Source: Bacteroidales bacterium (GTDB taxonomy: Bacteria > Bacteroidota > Bacteroidia > Bacteroidales > UBA12077). Taken from it: 64,000 nucleotides of DNA. Shown here piece after piece: positions 43,808 to 52,402 of the stretch (positions are counted from its first letter, which is position 1; each line of letters begins with the position of its first letter). The stretch is from assembly GCA_018334675.1 (NCBI GenBank), contig JAGXLL010000003.1, positions 37,050 through 101,049 of the forward strand. The letters are read 5' to 3'. Below the pieces are notes generated by a model. That model saw nothing but the letters and a program-made list of their open reading frames with translations, did not search any database and had not been told where the DNA came from. The translations under genes and the position numbers were made by a program.

Positions 43808-44287
43808 ATGAAGACGCAAAACATTTTATTTTCCATTTTACTCTCGGCCATCCTATTCATGGCTCAAGGCAAACCTGCACAGGCCCATTGCGAGATACCC
43901 TGTGGTATATATGGCGATTCGCTGAGAATTGAACAGATCGAAGAGCACATCACAACCCTTGAGAAGTCCATGAACCAGATCAAGGAGCTTTCAGCCGAAA
44001 GCGATAAAAACTACAACCAGTTGGTGCGCTGGATCACCAACAAGGAAGATCACGCCAATAAAATTCAGGACATTGTAAGTCAATATTTTCTGCATCAAAG
44101 GATTAAACCTGTAGATCCTGAGAATGAGGAAATGCACAAGAAGTATGTCACCCATCTCACCCTGTTGCATGAGATCCTGGTCTATGCCATGAAGGCCAAA
44201 CAAACCACCGACCTGCAATACATCGAAAAGCTCAGGGACACGGTGGACAAGTTTGAGGATGCCTATTTCCATTCCCACGACCATTAG
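43808..44287 (+). CDS. sodN: Nickel superoxide dismutase precursor with a Sec-type leader
   Basis: 159 aa. The Ni-hook HCEIPCGIY (consensus H-C-x-x-P-C-G-x-Y) begins at codon 27 (His = 43886-43888). It is preceded by MKTQNILFSILLSAILFMAQGKPAQA, which has an n-region, an h-region and an A-x-A site. The remainder aligns in pattern with actinobacterial NiSOD four-helix-bundle sequences. Confidence 0.85.
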   Translation: MKTQNILFSILLSAILFMAQGKPAQAHCEIPCGIYGDSLRIEQIEEHITTLEKSMNQIKELSAESDKNYNQLVRWITNKEDHANKIQDIVSQYFLHQRIKPVDPENEEMHKKYVTHLTLLHEILVYAMKAKQTTDLQYIEKLRDTVDKFEDAYFHSHDH

Positions 44288-44366
44288 AATCCATAGGTAT
44301 GAATTTTATGATTTCCCCTAATCGGTTTTCAGCAAAGTACATATAAGCAAAAAATCCGATTGAAAG

Positions 44367-44391
44367 CCCCGCCCAAAAGGCGGGGTTTTTT
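44367..44391 (+). terminator. Rho-independent terminator downstream of sodN
   Basis: Stem ccccgcc (44367-44373) / ggcgggg (44379-44385), 5-nt loop, then T6. Confidence 0.75.
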
Positions 44392-44606
44392 GTCATATCA
44401 ACCCGTTCCCCAGGCTGAATGCATTTTTTTCCATACCCCGCTCATGGGGTTAACGGGATCCTCAGGTCAATGGCTGCCTCTATGACTGAAAAAAACTGAC
44501 AGGTTCAAAAAGTTTACCCCATCCTGTAATAAATGAATGGACATGGTGTCATATATTCGAATTTACATATTTAGACATTAAAATACATAACAAAAAAAAT
44601 GAAACC

Positions 44607-45431
44607 ATGAAAACACCAACAAAATGGATCTTACTGGCTGTCATTGGATTGGGTTTGTTTACCGGCCTGTCCTCATGCGAAAAATCAGCCAATGAGGTAA
44701 ATGAACAAGCACAGGCCGGGTTTTTCCTGGTAAACAATGAAGGGCTCACAGATATCGTAGCCTCCGGCATCAGTGATTACTTTGTAACCGATTCAGGGAG
44801 TCTCACAGAATCCGAGAAAGAAGGTCTGAAGTTGATGCGTGAAGAGGAAAAACTGGCCCGTGATGTCTATGAACAACTCTCCTATCAGCACGATCTGCCT
44901 ATCTTTGGAAACATCTCCAACAGTGAGGCCACCCATTTCGAGGCGGTCGGGAAATTGCTGGATTATTTCGCAATAGAAGATCCGGCAATGGAAGAAGCAG
45001 GATCTTTCAACAACTCCGAGTTGCAATCGCTCTATGATTCTCTGGTAACAAAAGGCAATGAATCATTGATAGCAGCTCTTGAGGTTGGAGCGACGGTAGA
45101 GGAGATCGACATCCTGGACCTGGGATCTTTGATTCAGGAGACAGGTAATGAAGACATCGTGATGGTTTACGAAAACCTGCTCCGGGGCTCCCGCAACCAT
45201 CTGCGAGCCTTCAACCGGCTGCTGGAGCGCAATGGGGTGGATTATTCACCCGCCTACCTGGATGAGGAAAGTTTTGATGCCATCGTCAGCAGTGAAATGG
45301 AACGCGGCGGATACGGAGGCTGTTACGCCAATGGTAACGGTAACAAGAACGGGAACAGAAACGGGAAAGGCAATGGTCAGGGAAGTGGCCAGGGTCAAGG
45401 TAAAGGCCGAGGTTACCGGGGAGGCAACTAG
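44607..45431 (+). CDS. Ferritin-like DUF2202-type lipoprotein with a Gly/Asn/Gln-rich C-terminal tail
   Basis: 274 aa with lipobox LFTGLSSC. EKEGLKLMREEEKLARDVYE...SEATHFEAV and a second EE..RGSRNHLRAF half fit the ferritin-like DUF2202 pattern. The tail is GNGNKNGNRNGKGNGQGSGQGQGKGRGYRGGN. Confidence 0.65.
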   Translation: MKTPTKWILLAVIGLGLFTGLSSCEKSANEVNEQAQAGFFLVNNEGLTDIVASGISDYFVTDSGSLTESEKEGLKLMREEEKLARDVYEQLSYQHDLPIFGNISNSEATHFEAVGKLLDYFAIEDPAMEEAGSFNNSELQSLYDSLVTKGNESLIAALEVGATVEEIDILDLGSLIQETGNEDIVMVYENLLRGSRNHLRAFNRLLERNGVDYSPAYLDEESFDAIVSSEMERGGYGGCYANGNGNKNGNRNGKGNGQGSGQGQGKGRGYRGGN

Positions 45432-45985
45432 CTCATTTTCCATCCATGATCTGTCCCGGAATCCTGGCAAATATACGGCAAGGGAACCGGGACAGTTCTT
45501 TTCATTCCCCCCTTATCCTGGTTTGGGTAATCTCTCCCGCCAGGTCTGTAGCTTCCCGAACCACTTCTTCAGGATAACCATTGATCTACAGGATGCACAG
45601 AGCATTGCGGGTATGAAGCTTTCCTTTTTTCAGTTTATAACCACAATCCTCCGCAGAGGTCCTTCCATCGTATACGGCAACAAGCCATGCAAGAGATGAT
45701 GTAAAACCATGCTTTCTTCAACTTAGCTGGTACCGGAACCCGATACCAACTTTTTTATCACCAGCCCTATTATTGGATGATGGAAGAAAATGGACCATCT
45801 AAACATTTCACATTCAAGCATCAAACTTGGAAACGGGAACCCAGGAACCTTTATCCAACATGAAATCAGGAACCTTTTAAACCAAACATTCCCGCTGAAT
45901 TTTTGTAGTTAGTACCCGGATCCATAAAACGGTGCTCATGAATCCGGCTCTTTTATTGAAACAATGTGTATAAAAAGCTGATAGA

Positions 45986-47446
45986 ATGGATTCGCTATTC
46001 AACGCGCTCTCTTTTCTGCCCATTCTGACACTTTTGGTGCTCAGTCTCTGGAAGGGTGTAAGAACCGGAATATATGTGGGGTTTATCGTTACAACCATCC
46101 TGTTTTTCTTGATGGGAAGCAGGTTTGTCACCTTTCTTGCCTCCCTGTCCAGTGCTTTTGTCGGCACAATCAACATCATGATGATCATCTTTGGGGCGGT
46201 CTTTTTATACCATATCATGGAGCAAAAGGGATACCTCGATGGCATCAAGGATTCCCTGTCGCGCATCCATCCGGACCGGAATTTTCGGTTCTTTTTCCTG
46301 GCCCTTTTTCTGACGGCCTTTTTTGAAAGTGTGGCCGGGTTCGGAACACCCGGTGCTATTGTACCGCTCATCCTCATATCCATTGGATTTTCCCCGGTGC
46401 TATCGATTGCTGCGGTATTGCTGATCGATGGGTTTTTTGCCATTTCCGGGGCAGTGGGCACCCCGGTTATCGCCGGGCTGGAGATCCCACTTGGTCTCTC
46501 CCCTGCAGCCGTAGGGAATATATACCTGTATGCCTCTATGGCTATCCTGGTTTCGGGATTCGTGGTGATCCTATTCATATACAAGTATCTCAGGCAGGAG
46601 ACGGGATCAAAGGTAACCCCGGCGGGCTGGGTTCTCTACCTGGCCATCCTGCTGCCCTATGTCCTGGCTTCCTATTTCCTGCGTGAGCTCACCGGCATCA
46701 TAGCTGCCGTGTTCATGGCGGTTTTTGCCTATACCTTCCTTTTCAGGGACAAATCCTTCCAATGGAAACCCTGGTTGCCCTACTTGTTGCTTGTGGTGCT
46801 GTTGCTGCTCCCCAAACTCTTTCCGGCCTTTGGCGATTTGCTGGCTTACGAGGTCAATTTTACCTCCATCTATGGCACCGGAGTGAACGCTTCCCTCCAG
46901 CCCTTCCGATCACCCCTGATCCCCTTTATCATAGCTGCAGCTTTCGCCCTATACCGGGTAAAAGATTTCCGGGTGAATCTGAAACCGGTAGTGTCGAAAA
47001 CGGTAGCCGTCTTCCTGGTGCTTTTCCCTTCACTGGCCATCACACAAATGATGCTCAACAGCGGAGGCAGCGTGCCATCCATGATCGAATCCCTTGCCGG
47101 GGTTTTTGTAAGAACAGGGGATACCTACCCGGTTTTCAGTCCGCTGATCGGGGTCATCGGGGCATTTGTCACCGGCAGCACCACCGTCTCCAACATCATT
47201 TTCGGGTCGGTCCAGTACAACACCGCCATGATCCTGGGCATCCAGCCTGAGATCATCCTGGGTCTCCAGCTGGCCGGTGCCTCCCTGGGCAACGCCGTAT
47301 GCCTGTTCAACATCATTGCCGCCGCGGCCGTGGCTGGGATCAGCAATTTTAAGGGGGTACTGAAAAAGAATCTGGTGCCCGTGCTACTTGCATCCCTGGT
47401 CATCACCGGGGTCGGATATGGCCTGATCTACTTGATGGGAAGCTAA
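45986..47446 (+). CDS. L-lactate permease (LctP) family transporter
   Basis: 486 aa polytopic protein. The N-terminal LSFLPILTLLVLSLWKG and overall pattern resemble LctP/glycolate permeases. The antisense ORF 45877..46584 is rejected. Confidence 0.65.
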   Translation: MDSLFNALSFLPILTLLVLSLWKGVRTGIYVGFIVTTILFFLMGSRFVTFLASLSSAFVGTINIMMIIFGAVFLYHIMEQKGYLDGIKDSLSRIHPDRNFRFFFLALFLTAFFESVAGFGTPGAIVPLILISIGFSPVLSIAAVLLIDGFFAISGAVGTPVIAGLEIPLGLSPAAVGNIYLYASMAILVSGFVVILFIYKYLRQETGSKVTPAGWVLYLAILLPYVLASYFLRELTGIIAAVFMAVFAYTFLFRDKSFQWKPWLPYLLLVVLLLLPKLFPAFGDLLAYEVNFTSIYGTGVNASLQPFRSPLIPFIIAAAFALYRVKDFRVNLKPVVSKTVAVFLVLFPSLAITQMMLNSGGSVPSMIESLAGVFVRTGDTYPVFSPLIGVIGAFVTGSTTVSNIIFGSVQYNTAMILGIQPEIILGLQLAGASLGNAVCLFNIIAAAAVAGISNFKGVLKKNLVPVLLASLVITGVGYGLIYLMGS

Positions 47447-47587
47447 AATCCCCAAGGCACTCAAATTAAACCCAAAACCATTTATTCCATCTAATCGTAA
47501 ATCAACTATTGCCTATGTTGAGCGGTTTGAATAGCGCTTTTAAGAAAATCCCCACATGTAGGGAGGCGCTGGAATGAAAAAGATTTC

Positions 47588-47595
47588 TATATTTG
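47588..47595 (+). promoter_or_regulatory. Bacteroidota-type -7 box candidate (TATATTTG) immediately upstream of the His-rich ORF
   Basis: Exact TAnnTTTG match ending 6 nt before ATG 47602. If it is functional, the mRNA would be leaderless or nearly so. Confidence 0.25.
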
Positions 47596-47601
47596 CCATC
47601 G

Positions 47602-47958
47602 ATGGACTATGTTAAAAATATAACAAAACAAACTTTTGCCTTCCTGCTGATCGGGTTTGCATGCATGCTGGTGGCCAACGAGGCTATGTACAAGCATACC
47701 CATCAGATCAACGGGCGGCTTATCACGCATTCCCACCCCTACAAGACCCCGGCTGATTCATCCTCCTCACCGGAGCACCAGCACAACAAAGCCCAATTCG
47801 TGTTCTGGGAGAACCTGCAAGTATTGTTTCCATTTATTGCCCTGTCGTTTTTTATTCTGAATTGTTCCCAACCCGTTTTCAGAGAAATTCAGTCCATCCT
47901 GTTTGTTTATACAGCCCCACAGGTCCATTACCCGGGACGCGCACCTCCTGCTTCATAA
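47602..47958 (+). CDS. Small His-rich membrane protein of unknown function
   Basis: 118 aa from ATG 47602 with two hydrophobic helices flanking HTHQINGRLITHSHPYKTPADSSSSPEHQHN. It is directly upstream and co-directional with a TonB-dependent receptor. Confidence 0.5.
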   Translation: MDYVKNITKQTFAFLLIGFACMLVANEAMYKHTHQINGRLITHSHPYKTPADSSSSPEHQHNKAQFVFWENLQVLFPFIALSFFILNCSQPVFREIQSILFVYTAPQVHYPGRAPPAS

Positions 47959-48095
47959 TTTGTCTTACCGGCCGGATCATCCCGGCTCTTATCCACCATT
48001 TTTCAGGTCTACCGTATGATCCTGGCGATCATCCTTAAAAAATACAACCCGTACCTGAATTCGTGAATCCATTCCGAATTAAGAAAGCAACCACT

Positions 48096-50480
48096 ATGAA
48101 ACGCTTACAGATCCTTTTTGCACTCATCCTGCTTTTTGCAACCCAAATAAGCATCGCCAACGGCGACAAGACCAAGACACAAATCAAGGGACATATTATA
48201 AACAGTAAGGGTGAACATATCCCTTACGCCTCGGTGATCGTTGAAGGAACCACATTAGGGACCATCACAAATGAATCGGGTCATTTTAGTATGTCCGGTT
48301 TACAGCAGGGCGAGTACATTGTACAGGCCAACTCCATGGGATACAAGCCCCAAAGCGTAAAAATTAAAATAGACAAGGGCGAAACAAAAGAGCTCACCTT
48401 TCGACTGACTGAAGACGTGCTGAACATGGAAGAAGTGGTGGTTACAGGCGACCGTACAGGTACTCCCCGTAAAGAATCGTCGGTAATCGTCAATTCCCTG
48501 AAACCTAAACTATTCAAATCCACCCAGTCGGTGACCCTCAGCGAAGGGCTGAACTTTTCACCGGGCCTAAGGGTTGAGAACAGTTGCCAGAATTGCGGCT
48601 TTACCCAGGTAAGGATGAACGGGATGGATGGGCCCTATTCGCAAATCCTGATCAACAGCCGACCCATCTTTAGCGGCCTGGCCGGGGTGTATGGACTGGA
48701 GTTGATCCCCTCGAACATGATCGAACGCGTGGAAGTGATCCGCGGAGGCGGTTCAGCTCTGTATGGCAGCAACGCCATAGCCGGCACCATCAACCTGATC
48801 CTGAAGGATCCCATCAACAACAGCTACCAGTTCGGCGTCAACGGTGGTTCTACCGGCGTTGGTCTGGAAGGATCCGGAAATCCCGCTTCTGATTACAGCG
48901 CCAATTTCAATACCTCCCTTGTATCCTCCGACAGCAAATCGGGAATGGCTTTGTATGGTTTCTTCCGGGACCGGCAGCCGTTTGATGCCAACGGCGACAA
49001 TTTTTCGGAAATCACTTCCCTGGGAAACATCACAGCCGGAACCCGGCTTTTTCACCGCTTTGGAGACCGGCAAAAGCTGACGGCCGATTTCTTCCACATC
49101 AATGAAAAGCGTCGGGGTGGTAATCAACACGAACGCTTGCCTCACATGGCCGGAATAGCCGAAGCCCTTACCCACAACATCACCACCGGTGCCCTCACCT
49201 ACGACCGTTTTTTTCGAACCACCGACAAGCTCTCCCTTTATGCCTCCGGCCAGAGGGTAAAAAGGGATTCCTATTACGGGGCCAACCAGTCGTTGAGTGA
49301 TTACGGATATACCGAAGATTTCTCCTTCAGCCTGGGCGCACAGTATCACGCCACAATTGGAGAATCCAACCTCATTGTGGGCATCGAGGATAAAGGAGCC
49401 TGGCTAAAGGATAAAAAACTGGGCTATCCCGACATCGATGGCGCACAAATTGATTACTCAGACTCCACGGTAACCATCCCCTATACAGGTGACCGAACCA
49501 TTGCCGATCAGGCCACCAACACCCTGGGGATGTTTGCCCAGTATAAGATCGAATGGAATCAATGGAAAATCTCGGCCGGTCTCCGGTATGATCACTACCG
49601 GGTGAGGGATGAACAGCATGATGGTGGGGATGTATCAGGAGATGTGCTAAGCCCGAGGCTTACCCTCAAATACGACATCAAAGAAAACCTGCAAGCCCGC
49701 CTTAGCTATTCACAGGGTTACCGGACACCGCAAATCTACGACGAAGACCTGCACATAGAAACATCAGGAGCCCGAAAGGTGATCCATGAAAACGCCGCCG
49801 ACCTCAAACAGGAAACCAGCCACAGCTACATGGCATCACTGGATTACAACGGGCAGCTTGGAAATACTTACGTCGGTTTGCTGGTGGAAGGATTCTATAC
49901 CCAACTGCAGGATGCTTTCGTCAATGAGTTTGGAGCGCCCAACGAAAACGGAACGGTTGTCTATACGCGGATCAATGCCGAAAATGGCGCACTGGTCCAG
50001 GGGATCAACCTGGAGATGAACCTGGTGCCGGCCGAAGAGATCTCCTTCACCGGCGGATTTACAGTACAAACCAGTAAATACCAGGATCCGCACGAATTCA
50101 ACAAACAAACCTTTTTCCGCACCCCGGATGATTATGGTTATATAAACCTGAACTACAATCCCACCGAGCGTTTTACCATATCCACCTCGGGGAAATATAC
50201 CGGCCGCATGCTGGTGCCCTACTTTGGCAACGAACTGGCCAACCCGGAAGAAGGAAAATTGAACCAGACCCCCACATTCTATGACCTGGGCATAAAGCTA
50301 TCGTACAGCTTGCCCATCAACGAGGAATCCAGCATGGAGCTTTCTGGAGGGGTAAAAAACATCTTCAACTCCTATCAAAGCGATTTCGACCGGGGCATCG
50401 ACCGCGATCCGGGCTACATCTACGGCCCCTCCAACCCCAGGATGATCTACTTCGGGATCAAGGTAGGCAATATGCTTTAA
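48096..50480 (+). CDS. TonB-dependent receptor with N-terminal CarboxypepD_reg-like domain
   Basis: 794 aa from ATG 48096 (MKRLQILFALILLFATQISIANG signal). The CarboxypepD_reg pattern is IKGHIINSKGEHIPYASVIVEGT. The plug contains SCQNCGFTQVRMNG...ILINSRPIF, followed by a long beta-barrel. Confidence 0.85.
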   Translation: MKRLQILFALILLFATQISIANGDKTKTQIKGHIINSKGEHIPYASVIVEGTTLGTITNESGHFSMSGLQQGEYIVQANSMGYKPQSVKIKIDKGETKELTFRLTEDVLNMEEVVVTGDRTGTPRKESSVIVNSLKPKLFKSTQSVTLSEGLNFSPGLRVENSCQNCGFTQVRMNGMDGPYSQILINSRPIFSGLAGVYGLELIPSNMIERVEVIRGGGSALYGSNAIAGTINLILKDPINNSYQFGVNGGSTGVGLEGSGNPASDYSANFNTSLVSSDSKSGMALYGFFRDRQPFDANGDNFSEITSLGNITAGTRLFHRFGDRQKLTADFFHINEKRRGGNQHERLPHMAGIAEALTHNITTGALTYDRFFRTTDKLSLYASGQRVKRDSYYGANQSLSDYGYTEDFSFSLGAQYHATIGESNLIVGIEDKGAWLKDKKLGYPDIDGAQIDYSDSTVTIPYTGDRTIADQATNTLGMFAQYKIEWNQWKISAGLRYDHYRVRDEQHDGGDVSGDVLSPRLTLKYDIKENLQARLSYSQGYRTPQIYDEDLHIETSGARKVIHENAADLKQETSHSYMASLDYNGQLGNTYVGLLVEGFYTQLQDAFVNEFGAPNENGTVVYTRINAENGALVQGINLEMNLVPAEEISFTGGFTVQTSKYQDPHEFNKQTFFRTPDDYGYINLNYNPTERFTISTSGKYTGRMLVPYFGNELANPEEGKLNQTPTFYDLGIKLSYSLPINEESSMELSGGVKNIFNSYQSDFDRGIDRDPGYIYGPSNPRMIYFGIKVGNML

Positions 50481-50490
50481 TAAACATCAA

Positions 50491-50523
50491 GAAGTCGACC
50501 CAAACGCCGGCTTCTTTGTTTCT
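50491..50523 (+). terminator. Candidate rho-independent terminator after the TonB receptor gene
   Basis: gaagtcgac / gccggcttc forms an imperfect stem (one G-U pair, one mismatch) followed by the T-rich tttgtttct. Confidence 0.4.
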
Positions 50524-50781
50524 GGTTCCCATCAGTAATTTTTCATACCTTTTCCGCCAAATGCTTTTCACCCATATCACAGGCTGCAGTCAATAATGAT
50601 GGGCTTCTATCAGCACCTTGTGGCAGCCATGGGATTAAATACGCAGGCGGAGGTTACCTATAAATCTAATCCCTCACTGCATTCAGGGGAATGGAGGTCT
50701 TCTCGGCCACCTGCTCGGGTGTTCTGCCCTGAAATTTTTCGATCTAAGTGAATTCTTCTGTATTCTCCTGCAAAACGGGGT

Positions 50782-50868
50782 TGATTTATTCGAAAAATTT
50801 GCCGGATTTATACATTTTTCGTCTTATTTACCGAATTTAATATTTTTTCGGCCTAAAAACCGAATTAT
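50782..50868 (+). repeat. Three tandem imperfect 29-bp direct repeats (core TTCG-N9-CCGRATT) in a promoter region
   Basis: CCGGATTTA at 50802, CCGAATTTA at 50831 and CCGAATTA at 50860 are spaced exactly 29 bp apart, each preceded by TTCG about 10 nt upstream. Units match 18-19/29 pairwise by my hand alignment. The array ends about 32 nt before ATG 50900. Confidence 0.7.
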
Positions 50869-50899
50869 TTATATATTTTTTTGTATCTTTATAAATAGA

Positions 50900-51601
50900 A
50901 TGGAGACAATTATGATAAACAGGGGAACCATATCGGGAGACATCATCTCCTACACTTCATTGTCAGTTGCTGACAAAAGAAGACTTGAAGGAGCCATTCA
51001 AGGGTTGTTATCTGAATTAAGCCATCAGCTTGGAAAAAAAAACTTCCTTGGGAGACTGGTACAGGGCGATCATATTGAATGTGCCCTCATGTCGGCCTGG
51101 CAGGTATTGCGAACTGTTCTGGTGCTAAAAACTTACATCAAATCACTCGACATACCGGAAGGATCAGGCAGGAACAAACGCCTGCGACTCTTCAAGGAAC
51201 ATGGTGTTCGGCTGGCGGCTGCCGTGGCCCCGCTTGATGCTTTCGATCCCAGGGCAGGGATCATTGACGGAGAAGCCATTCAACTATCGGGGCGGACCAT
51301 ACAAAACCAGGATACTTCCGGGAAACAAAACATCATCATAAAAAAGACGCTTTTTTTCCGGGCGTCCGACCCGGAAACCGAAGAACATTTCGAACCGGTA
51401 TTTGCCTTGTTGGATACCTTGCTCTCCAAATGCACCGCCAAGCAATGCCAGGTAGTTTATCTTAAGCTGATGGGGTTGGATGAGGGAGCAATTGCTGATA
51501 AGCTCAATAAATACCGTTCGACCATCAATGAGCACTCGACTGCTGCCGGGTGGCATGCTATCAAAACAGCTGTGGAACATTTTGAAAACCGCATCCGATG
51601 A
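50900..51601 (+). CDS. SatD-like protein with a C-terminal sigma-70 region-4 / LuxR-type HTH
   Basis: 233 aa. The C-terminal CTAKQCQVVYLKLMGLDEGAIADKLNKYRSTINEHS fits an HTH pattern. Overall size and pairing with a DUF3307-like membrane protein match the SatD family as I recall it. Confidence 0.55.
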   Translation: METIMINRGTISGDIISYTSLSVADKRRLEGAIQGLLSELSHQLGKKNFLGRLVQGDHIECALMSAWQVLRTVLVLKTYIKSLDIPEGSGRNKRLRLFKEHGVRLAAAVAPLDAFDPRAGIIDGEAIQLSGRTIQNQDTSGKQNIIIKKTLFFRASDPETEEHFEPVFALLDTLLSKCTAKQCQVVYLKLMGLDEGAIADKLNKYRSTINEHSTAAGWHAIKTAVEHFENRIR

Positions 51602-52326
51602 TTGCACTTTATCAACTGCTTATATTACAGTTCACCGCTCACGTACTGGCAGATTTCATGCTGCAGGGCCAGCGATGGAGTGAACGGAAGGCATCCGGTC
51701 CCTTCACCCGTCATCACTTTTGGCATACACTCATTGTCTTTGCAGTTTCCTATCTACTGTCCTTTGATCCGGGCTTCTGGATCGCCGCCCTTTTGATCGC
51801 CTTCCTGCATTTGGGCCAGGATATTCTGAAAAGTGCCATAAAGGTAAGAAAAGCTAAGAATCTGTTTTTCACCGATCAGTTGATACACCTGGTCATATTG
51901 GGTGCCGTCAGTATCGGATACAATCATCATGCCACCTACCAAATGCCCTTTGATATGAGCCTGCGAACCCTTGCAATTGCCTCATCCATTGTCATATGCC
52001 TGAAACCAGCCAACATCATCATCAAAAACATACTGGATGTCTTTGATATTGAAGCCCCTGGTGAACCCTCCCAAAATATGACTCAAGAAGGCCGGGAAGA
52101 AGACTCCAGAGGATTGCCCAATGCCGGCAAACTCATCGGTATCGTCGAACGGCTGCTGGCCTTTGTATTGGTTCTTTTTGGTCAGTTTAGTGCGGTGGGC
52201 CTGATCATAGCAGCCAAATCCATCCTTCGGTTCCGCAATACCAAACATTCGGAATATGTGCTGGTGGGCACCCTGTTGAGCTTTGGCATCGCCATATTTC
52301 TGGCACTGATAGTTTCCAAATTATAA
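51598..52326 (+). CDS. DUF3307-like integral membrane protein
   Basis: 242 aa. The N-terminal motif is AHVLADFMLQ (H-x-x-x-DF-x-x-Q), with several TM helices. The start overlaps the upstream stop (ATGA at 51598-51601). Confidence 0.6.
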   Translation: MIALYQLLILQFTAHVLADFMLQGQRWSERKASGPFTRHHFWHTLIVFAVSYLLSFDPGFWIAALLIAFLHLGQDILKSAIKVRKAKNLFFTDQLIHLVILGAVSIGYNHHATYQMPFDMSLRTLAIASSIVICLKPANIIIKNILDVFDIEAPGEPSQNMTQEGREEDSRGLPNAGKLIGIVERLLAFVLVLFGQFSAVGLIIAAKSILRFRNTKHSEYVLVGTLLSFGIAIFLALIVSKL

Positions 52327-52402
52327 TTCCATTCATCTGTTTGATAATACGGGTATTCTTTGTTAGTTTAGCCTGTTGAATAACCCGCTTATAGCCAACG
52401 AC

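Noticed and set aside
45330-45428. Apparent DNA repeat (aacggtaacaagaacgggaacagaaacggg...)
   Set aside because: It is the coding sequence of the Gly/Asn-rich tail of the DUF2202-type lipoprotein. It is a low-complexity codon repetition, not an independent repeat element.
45432-45985. 550-nt spacer with minus-strand protein-like fragments (…LAWLVAVYDGRTSAEDCGYKLKKGKLHTRNALCIL*INGYPEEVVREATDLAGEITQ) and an 8-bp inverted repeat tgtcccgg/ccgggaca (45452-45494)
   Set aside because: The fragments are interrupted by stops and I cannot assign a family. The inverted repeat has a 27-nt loop and a poor U-tract. This is possibly a remnant plus a weak terminator, not supportable as features.
45877-46584. 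235-aa minus-strand ORF
   Set aside because: It lies antisense within the LctP-family permease gene. Its composition (Pro/Arg/Met-rich, no motifs) is typical of a shadow ORF, and the plus-strand membrane protein is far more convincing.
50640-50760. Minus-strand 24-codon fragment IEKFQGRTPEQVAEKTSIPLNAVRD* resembling an HTH segment
   Set aside because: It is too short, bounded by stops on both sides, with no start codon. It could be chance or a tiny relic.
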